Source: Nemertoderma westbladi (Eukaryota > Animalia > Xenacoelomorpha). From it: DNA of 64,000 bases. The DNA lies in assembly GCA_032718475.1 (NCBI GenBank), contig JAUCBJ010001598.1:67731-131730 (forward strand), given 5' to 3'. The position numbers were made by a program, and so were the translations under genes. The notes under the pieces were generated by a model. That model did not search any database. It saw nothing but the letters and a program-made list of their open reading frames with translations, and was not told the origin of the DNA. Every line of letters starts with the position of its first letter. Position 1 is the first letter of the stretch. Below, one piece after another: positions 54,201-64,000 of this stretch.

Positions 54201-57200
54201 TAACCCACTGTATCTCATTATCCGATCCAGGCCACTACCATTAACCCACTGTATCTCATTATCCGATCCAGGCCACTACCATTAACCCACTGTATCTCAT
54301 TATCCGATCCAGGCCACTATCATTAACCCATTGTATCTCATTATCAGATCCAGGCCACTACCATTAACACATTGTATCTCATTATCCGATCCAGACCACT
54401 ACTATTAACCCATTGTATCTCATTATCCGATCCAGGCCACTACCATTAACCCATTGCATCTCATTATCCGATCCAGGCCACTATCATTAACCCATTGTAT
54501 CTCATTATCCGATCCAGGCCACTACCATTAACCCATTGTATCTCATTATCCGATCCAGGCCACTACTATTAACCCATTGTATCTCATTATCCGATCCAGG
54601 CCACTACCATTAACCCATTGTATCTCATTATCCGATCCAGGACACTACTATTAACCCATTGTATCTCATTATCCGATCCAGGCCACTAGCATTAACCCAT
54701 TGTATCTCATTATCCGATCCAGGCCACTATCATTAACCCATTGTATCTCATTATCCGATCCAGGCCACTAGCATTAACCCATTGTATCTCATTATCCGAT
54801 CCAGGCCACTATGATGAACCCATTGTATCTCATTATCCGATCCAGGCCACTAGCATTAACCCATTGTATTTCATTATCCGATCCAGGCCACTATCATTAA
54901 CCCATTGTATCTCATTATCCGATCCAGGCCACTAGCATTAACCCATTGTATCTCATTATCCGATCCAGACCACTGCCATTAACCCATTGTATCTCATTAT
55001 CCGATCCAGGCCACTATGATGAACCCATTGTATCTCATTATCCGATCCAGGCCACTACCATTAACCCATTGTATCTCATTATCCGATCCGTGCCACTATC
55101 ATTAACCCATTGTATCTCATTATCCGATCCAGGCCACTACCATTAACCCATTGTATCTCATTATCCGATCCAGGCCACTACCATTAACCCATTGTATCTC
55201 ATTATCCGATCCAGGCCACTATCATTAACCCATTGTATCTCATTATCCGATCCAGACCACTGCCATTAACCCATTGTATCTCATTATCCGATCCAGGCCA
55301 CTATCATGAACCCATTGTATCTCATTATCCGATCCAGACCACTACCATTAACCCATTGTATCTCATTATCCAATCCAGGCCACTATCATTAACCCAGTGT
55401 ATCTCATTATCCGATCCAGGCCACTATCATGAACCCATTGTATCTCATTATCCGATCCAAGCCACTACCATTAACCCATTGTATCTCATTATCCGATCCA
55501 AGCCACTACCATTAACCCATTGTATCTCATTATCCGATCCAGGCCACTACTATTAACCCATTGTATCTCATTATCCGATCCAGACCACTACTATTAATTA
55601 ACCCATTGTATCTCATTATCCGATCCAAGCCACTACCATTAACCCATTGTATCTCATTATCCGATCCAGGCCACTACTATTAACCCATTGTATCTCATTA
55701 TCCGATCCAGACCACTACTATTAATTAACCCATTGTATCTCATTATCCGATCCAGGCCACTACCATTAACCCATTGCATCTCATTATCCGACCCACACCA
55801 CTACCATTTGCCCATTGTATCTCATTATCTGATCCAGACCACTATCATTAACCCATTGTATCTCATTATCCGATCCAGGCCACTACCATTAACCCATTGT
55901 ATCTCATTATCCGATCCAGACCACTACCATTAACCCATTGTATCTCATTATCCGATCCAGGCCACTATTATTAACCCATTGTATCTCATTATCCGATCCA
56001 GACCACTACCATTTAACCCACTGTATCTCATTATCTGATCCAGACCACTATCATTAACCAATTGTATCTCATTATCCGATCCAGGCCACTACCATTAACC
56101 CATTGTATCTCATTATCCGATCCAGACCACTACCATTAACCCATTGTATCTCATTATCCGATCCAGGCCACTATTATTAACCCATTGTATCTCATTATCT
56201 GATCCAGGCCACTATCATTAACCCACTGTATCTCATTATCTGATCCAGGCCACTACCATTAACCCATTGTATCTCATTATCCGATCCAGGCCACTACCAT
56301 TTACCCGTTGTATCTCATTATCTGATCCAGGCCACTACCATTAACCCATTGTATCTCATTATCTGATCCAGGCCACTACCATTAACCCATTGTATCTCAT
56401 TATCCGATCCAGACCACTACCATTAACCCATTGTATCTCATTATCCGATCCAGGCCACTATTATTAACCCATTGTATCTCATTATCTGATCCACGCCACT
56501 ATCATTAACCCACTGTATCTCATTATCTGATCCAGGCCACTACCATTAACCCATTGTATCTCATTATCCGATCCAAGCCACTACCATTAACCCATTGTAT
56601 CTCATTATCTGATCCAGGCCACTATCCTTAACACACTGTATCTCATTATCTGATCCAGGCCACTACCATTAACCCATTGTATCTCATTATCCGATCCAGG
56701 CCACTACCATTTACCCGTTGTATCTCATTATCTGATCCAAGCCACTACCATTAACCCATTGTATCTCATTATCTGATCCAGGCCACTATCATTAACCCAC
56801 TGTATCTCATTATCTGATCCAGGCCACTACCATTAACCCATTGTATCTCATTATCCGATCCAGACCACTACCATTAACCCATTGTATCTCATTATCCGAT
56901 CCAGGCCACTATTATTAACCCATTGTATCTCATTATCTGATCCAGGCCACTATCATTAACCCACTGTATCTCATTATCTGATCCAGGCCACTACCATTAA
57001 CCCATTGTATCTCATTATCCGATCCAGGCCACTACCATTTACCCGTTGTATCTCATTATCTGATCCAGGCCACTACCATTAACCCATTGTATCTCATTAT
57101 CTGATCCAGGCCACTACCATTAACCCATTGTATCTCATTATCCGATCCAGACCACTACCATTAACCCATTGTATCTCATTATCCGATCCAGGCCACTATC

Positions 57201-59743
57201 ATTAACCCATTGTATCTCATTATCTGATCCAGGCCACTACCATTTACCCGTTGTATCTCATTATCTGATCCAGGCCACTACCATTAACCCATTGTATCTC
57301 ATTATCCGATCCAGGCCACTACCATTTACCCGTTGTATCTCATTATCTGATCCAGGCCACTACCATTAACCCATTGTATCTCATTATCCGATCCAGGCCA
57401 CTACCATTAACCCACTGTATCTCATTATCTGATCCAGGCCACTACCATTAACCCATTGTATCTCATTATCCGATCCAGACCACTACCATTAACCCATTGT
57501 ATCTCATTATCCGATCCAGGCCACTATTATTAACCCATTGTATCTCATTATCCGATCCAGACCACTACCATTTAACCCACTGTATCTCATTATCTGATCC
57601 AGACCACTATCATTAACCAATTGTATCTCATTATCCGATCCAGACCACTACCATTAACCCATTGTATCTCATTATCCGATCCAGGCCACTATTATTAACC
57701 CATTGTATCTCATTATCTGATCCAGGCCACTATCATTAACCCACTGTATCTCATTATCTGATCCAGGCCACTACCATTAACCCATTGTATCTCATTATCC
57801 GATCCAGGCCACTACCATTTACCCGTTGTATCTCATTATCTGATCCAGGCCACTACCATTAACCCATTGTATCTCATTATCTGATCCAGGCCACTACCAT
57901 TAACCCATTGTATCTCATTATCCGATCCAGACCACTACCATTAACCCATTGTATCTCATTATCCGATCCAGGCCACTATTATTAACCCATTGTATCTCAT
58001 TATCTGATCCACGCCACTATCATTAACCCACTGTATCTCATTATCTGATCCAGGCCACTACCATTAACCCATTGTATCTCATTATCCGATCCAGGCCACT
58101 ATTATTAACCCATTGTATCTCATTATCTGATCCACGCCACTATCATTAACCCACTGTATCTCATTATCTGATCCAGGCCACTACCATTAACCCATTGTAT
58201 CTCATTATCCGATCCAAGCCACTACCATTAACCCATTGTATCTCATTATCTGATCCAGGCCACTATCCTTAACCCACTGTATCTCATTATCTGATCCAGG
58301 CCACTACCATTAACCCATTGTATCTCATTATCCGATCCAGGCCACTACCATTTACCCGTTGTATCTCATTATCTGATCCAAGCCACTATTATTAACCCAT
58401 TGTATCTCATTATCTGATCCAGGCCACTATCATTAACCCACTGTATCTCATTATCTGATCCAGGCCACTACCATTAACCCATTGTATCTCATTATCCGAT
58501 CCAGGCCACTACCATTTACCCGTTGTATCTCATTATCTGATCCAGGCCACTACCATTAACCCATTGTATCTCATTATCTGATCCAGGCCACTACCATTAA
58601 CCCATTGTATCTCATTATCCGATCCAGACCACTACCATTAACCCATTGTATCTCATTATCCGATCCAGGCCACTATTATTAACCCATTGTATCTCATTAT
58701 CTGATCCACGCCACTATCATTAACCCACTGTATCTCATTATCTGATCCAGGCCACTACCATTAACCCATTGTATCTCATTATCCGATCCAAGCCACTACC
58801 ATTAACCCATTGTATCTCATTATCTGATCCAGGCCACTATCCTTAACCCACTGTATCTCATTATCTGATCCAGGCCACTACCATTAACCCATTGTATCTC
58901 ATTATCCGATCCAGGCCACTACCATTTACCCGTTGTATCTCATTATCTGATCCAAGCCACTACCATTAACCCATTGTATCTCATTATCTGATCCAGGCCA
59001 CTATCATTAACCCACTGTATCTCATTATCTGATCCAGGCCACTACCATTAACCCATTGTATCTCATTATCCGATCCAGACCACTACCATTAACCCATTGT
59101 ATCTCATTATCCGATCCAGGCCACTATTATTAACCCATTGTATCTCATTATCTGATCCAGGCCACTATCATTAACCCACTGTATCTCATTATCTGATCCA
59201 GGCCACTACCATTAACCCATTGTATCTCATTATCCGATCCAGGCCACTACCATTTACCCGTTGTATCTCATTATCTGATCCAGGCCACTACCATTAACCC
59301 ATTGTATCTCATTATCTGATCCAGGCCACTACCATTAACCCATTGTATCTCATTATCCGATCCAGACCACTACCATTAACCCATTGTATCTCATTATCCG
59401 ATCCAGGCCACTATCATTAACCCATTGTATCTCATTATCTGATCCAGGCCACTACCATTTACCCGTTGTATCTCATTATCTGATCCAGGCCACTACCATT
59501 AACCCATTGTATCTCATTATCCGATCCAGGCCACTACCATTTACCCGTTGTATCTCATTATCTGATCCAGGCCACTACCATTAACCCATTGTATCTCATT
59601 ATCCGATCCAGGCCACTACCATTAACCCACTGTATCTCATTATCTGATCCAGGCCACTACCATTAACCCATTGTATCTCATTATCCGATCCAGACCACAA
59701 CCATTTAACCCACTGTATCTCATTATCTGATCCAGGCCACTAC
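48266..59743 (+). repeat. Intronic satellite, 41-bp unit TTAACCCATTGTATCTCATTATCCGATCCAG|GCCACTAYCA, derived from the acceptor junction of the terminal exon
   Basis: Continuous tandem array; roughly 280 copies estimated from length/unit. The last unit runs into GCCACTACGACCAC of the terminal exon. Confidence 0.96.
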
Positions 59744-59878
59744 GACCACCCGCCGTTGGATACGATCTTAGACGACCTACCAGATCTGGGTCCCAACATT
59801 GGTGATCATATCGGTGCCATGGATACCAGCTCGGGCCATCCAATGGCTGGACACGGTTGGTACGATTCTGATCTTTAA
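59736..59878 (+). CDS. CTNNB1: Beta-catenin terminal exon: (G)HYDHPPLDTILDDLPDLGPNIGDHIGAMDTSSGHPMAGHGWYDSDL*
   Basis: Hand-translated. Ends in WYDSDL-TAA, the counterpart of beta-catenin's WFDTDL PDZ-binding end, and contains LPDLG as in the vertebrate tail. Phase-1 acceptor at 59734-59735 fits the exon H donor. Confidence 0.92.
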
Positions 59879-61560
59879 TTCGCTGCCATGCCATGGATGG
59901 TACTCCTTGATTGATGTGACTCAATGATCAACTTGTAGTTATTGTAACGGAGTTGTATAGCTCTGTGGACCGCTTTTGTTGCTCAATGACTCTTTGACTT
60001 ACATTGACGGATAACATTTTGAAATCTATTGATTAATTCATATGATATTGTTTTATTTTGCTAACTCCCTCTAATGCTTACTTAAATGTGGATGCTTTGA
60101 TGTCGAAAATATCGCAAACCATTTCATTGTAGGTCATTTTGAGCTTTATACTAACTACTATAGATACTGTATATCTGTAAAGTAAACCAAATAATGGCTG
60201 CTTTTTGTGTTTTGTTTTGGACCTGTACATATAGTTGGTATATATATTTTCCTTTTTCACTAGAGAGTAAGGCCACAACACAACATATTAAAATATATTT
60301 TTCAAGACATTCTTTACTGTTGTATTGGCTATCGTTATCGATATGTAAGTCAATGTGCGCCTTTATTGGTATATGATTTGTTGCTAGAACTCGAATGGAG
60401 CGAGACCCAAATCTAAACTAACTAACGGTAAACTATTTTTTAGATTGACTGTTTTTCTTTATTAATTTTTGGTGTTTTGTATTTCCAATATCTGTCATGC
60501 TTTTATTATTTTTAAATGTAGCAATTTTGTAAGATACGCGTGACATTTTAATGATCTCAGCTAGCTATAGTTATTTTTATTAACTTTTGCTGTGTGTGCC
60601 GTGTTTTTTATGTGTATTATTTTTCTCAAGTAATGATGCTTATTTATGGATTGTTTGGATTCTTTCCTTTTAATTTCATCTGTAGTCTTACACACAACTA
60701 ACGTGGATCTCATTAAAAGTGGTTTAAAAATAATTTCACCTACAAAATTACGTGTCTTATGTCGGAAGTTCATAATACTTCATATTATTATGATTTCCAA
60801 TGCCTTGTGTTCTTGCTTTATAGCAATAAATACAATTGCACTGTAAATAAATAATGCACACTATTAATTATACTTTAAATGATATAACTATTAATATATT
60901 GTAGCATCAATCTTGTTGATTTGAAGTAATCGATCAATTAATTATTAATTAATATTATTAGATAATTAGGCAGACTATTTAAATTTCATTAGCAAATATA
61001 TATTTTGAGAATTCTTGTTATATTTTAACAATAAATTATTGACATAAACTACTATTGTGTTGTGTATTTCGCATTCAGGTATTTAAACTTTCACACTCGA
61101 CTTGTAAACACTACATGTCGCTGTGCTGTATAGTAAACCCATTGGATACACTTTTACATCGATCTGCACGTTTAACCTTTGATGTCGGGTTTACGTTTCC
61201 TTCTAAAATTAACAGTTTGTGCCTTTGTGATATGGTGACACATTGAACTCATTTAGTTGAATGTTTTTTTTATAAATGTTTTACTTTGGCTGCATCCTGG
61301 CGAATTTTGTTTTAAAGCAACAATTATATGTTTACTACCGGTATGTAAAGTACAGATGAAGTATGTAAAGTTAGGTATATTATTATGTAATATTTTAATG
61401 TTTAAGTGTGTCTTTATTATTATTAATAATCTGGTTTGTAATATATATAATAATAAGTATAATTTGTGGCAACCCGTGTCGTTTAAGCGTTTAAGGTGTA
61501 AAACGGGTAATTTACTAACTATTTAACCTTTGTATAATAAATATATTAGTTGTTAAATGC
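59879..61560 (+). other. Probable 3' UTR with candidate polyadenylation signals
   Basis: T-rich sequence after the stop; AATAAA at 60825, 60846, 61030 and 61536. The true end cannot be determined from sequence alone. Confidence 0.45.
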
Positions 61561-62080
61561 ATTATCCTTTACTTTATTTGAAAAATCCCCTTTGTCTCAC
61601 TAATATTTTTTTTAAATGAAAGAATCAATCTAACATTGTTAATTTTACATTACTAACATTACTAATTTTCCAGAAATTAGTTATGAAAAGTTAAAAATTA
61701 GTTAGAAAAGATTGCCTTCACTAATTTTTAACTTTTATTTTATAATTTGTCAACATAACAGCTCGAACACATTAAGAAAATTAAACTAAATTGTTTAAAC
61801 CTGGACCTACGGAATTTATGCTACAATGTGTAAATATAATTATCTTTGTATCAATATAAAGTAAAGGGATCATACCGACCACTAACGACTTTTTGGAGGA
61901 AGGTTAAATGTATTCAGCAATATGATGTAATATTTTGTCATCAAATAAATAGTCCGCAGTAGGGCATTATTAAAAATAAATGAATTGGAGTTGAGCTTTG
62001 GGTTGAGCGTTGAGTTGGAGTTGACATCGAACTTCGGAAATCCCGTTAGCAGTATTTGACTTGCACACCATCACCCAGAG

Positions 62081-63000
62081 GTATGTAGGACAATTCGCTC
62101 CCGGACAATTCTGTCCCGGACAATTCGGTCCCGGACAATTCGGTCCGGACAATTCGGTCCCGGACAATTCGGTCCCAAAACACTAAATAAATGGGACCGA
62201 ATTGTCCGGGACCGAATTGTCTGGAACCGAATTTTTCAGATCCTGAGAGCAACTTTTTAGTGCTTTTTTGATATTGGTGAATGTTCTAGAACATTAGTAG
62301 AGATATTTTTTATGGTAGCTAAATAGTGTTATTTACTTGCTAGAATTTTTATAATTTTAAAAATACTGTATTTTTTTTATTTTTGTTCGTGAACATTATT
62401 ATATTTTATTTATTAAGGTGTAGCTAGTGTTTTTTTTACTAGCTAGCATTTCCTTGAAATGATAAAAAAACTTGTGAAAACATTGCTATTTCAGAATTAG
62501 GCCTAAACTGTTGGCTGATTATATTAATTACCAACAATATTGATGATATTATAACAGTCCCTGAATAAGATCCAGCTATTATCTAGGATAATAATTTAGG
62601 CTTGTTAACCAACCAACAACACGTACAGTATACATACGCAATATATAAAAAAATACAGTTTTAAACATACTATTACTAGCTAGTAAAAAATTCACAAGCT
62701 CCACAAAATACCATAACTAATAATGTTAACAAAAAAATTTTTTTTTTTTATTTTCTAAAAAATACTAGCTAGTAAAAAAAACACTAGCTACCATATAATA
62801 ATATATATTAAGGTTCTAGAACATTCACCATTATATAGTACCAATTAAATTTGGTCCCGGACAATTCGGTCCCATTAATATGCATGTTTTGGGACCGAAT
62901 TGTCCTAGTCAGTATCCGGACAATTCGGTCCCGCACAACTCGGTCCCAAAACACAAAATTTATGGGACCGAATTGTCCGGGACCGAATTGTCCTGCTTCC
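62081..63000. mobile_element. Non-autonomous foldback-type DNA transposon with 15-bp subterminal repeats (GGACAATTCGGTCCC)
   Basis: Imperfect TIRs, tandem and inverted 15-mers at both ends, and internal inverted segments (TAGCTAGTGTTTTTTTTACTAGCTAG vs CTAGCTAGTAAAAAAAACACTAGCTA). TSD ACCCAGAG at 62073-62080 and 63001-63008. Confidence 0.8.
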
Positions 63001-64000
63001 ACCCAGAGTCATCCAACAAAGTTTCAACCATACCCGTCCAGGATTGACTAAGATAAGAGAGTCAATCAAAGTAATTTGGTATCGATGTCGATGGCCACGG
63101 GGACATACTACTGTACTAATAACGGGCTGGTAAGATAATAACATTTCTGTGGATTGATACTGATGGGCCACCAAAACAGTTTTTTTTACAAAGGAATTTT
63201 TTTGAAAAAAATATTTTCTATGAATTTTTATTTATTATTTTTTTATGAATATTGTTATGCATTTTTTTTTATCATTTTTTATATTTTTTTAAATGATTTC
63301 TTTAAAAATTATTATTTTTTAACCCCTGTCAACTGGGTCTATATAGGCCTACCATTAATGTTTACAATTAATATTTATAATGTTACGCTGTCCCACCGTT
63401 AATGTTCCATATGTTTGGATAATAATAAACAACAGTCATTTAAAAATTATTTTTTACATTTTTTTATATTATTTATTTTATGTATTATATTGATTTTATT
63501 GTTTTTTTCTGATTTTTTTTTCTTAATTTTTTTATTTAATTAATTAATTTATTTTTTATGAAATTTTTAAAAATAAATTTTTTACATTTTTTATTTAATC
63601 TAATTTAATTTTATTTTATTTGTTTTTTTTAATTAATTTGTATTTTTGTGTGATACTAATGTACGGTGGCCCATAAGTGTAACAATCATAGAATAGCAAC
63701 ATTAACATTCAACGTTCCATTTCAACATTCCGACACTAAAACATCAGCTGAACTCATTTAATTTGTTTCTATCACTTATAATATACAATCATTTCGTGAT
63801 GTTATAATTTTGAAATAGAACTACAACATATACTTGTTGCAAAGTAACTTTACAGTGTTCTGATCCTCGTGGCTGTAAAGTGCTACTTTACACAAAAGTA
63901 TGTAAATAGATTAAATTAATAAATAATTAAATAAATATTTACAATAAATACGGTAAATAATTACAGAACAAAGGTGGGCATTCAGTTTTCATGCTTAAAG

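Noticed and set aside
1-59743. CRISPR array interpretation of the repeats
   Set aside because: No unique spacers, no cas genes, and a spliceosomal eukaryotic context.
50190-59924. MYLIIRSRPL... ORFs and the antisense ORF at 59640-59924
   Set aside because: Repeat translations; the real coding frame is 59736-59878 on the + strand.
61970-63174. Short ORFs with GPNCP/TELSG repeats
   Set aside because: Translations of the 15-bp subterminal repeats of the transposon.

Overview
Eukaryotic, AT-rich animal genomic DNA carrying the 3' two-thirds of an intron-rich beta-catenin/armadillo gene on the + strand, from the exon starting (G)[11 protein letters not shown] to the C-terminal WYDSDL* at 59878. 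About 70% of the window is tandem repeat inside introns, and the repeats are built from the gene's own splice signals. A >=33.8 kb array of 47-bp units (1-33827) repeats the 3' splice site plus the first 33 nt of the next exon. An ~11.5 kb array of 41-bp units (48266-59743) repeats the branch point, AG and first bases of the last exon. An 83-bp unit triplicates a 5' splice site (42381-42647). Two smaller arrays sit in front of other acceptors: a 27-bp branch-point/pyrimidine unit and a 43-bp unit resembling an exon start. In the three clear cases only the exon-proximal copy gives the intact protein. A second, diverged 145-bp copy of one armadillo-repeat exon (38380-38524) looks like a mutually exclusive alternative exon. 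Three MITE-like elements with TSDs are present. The many short ORFs in the track over the arrays are artefacts of the repeats.
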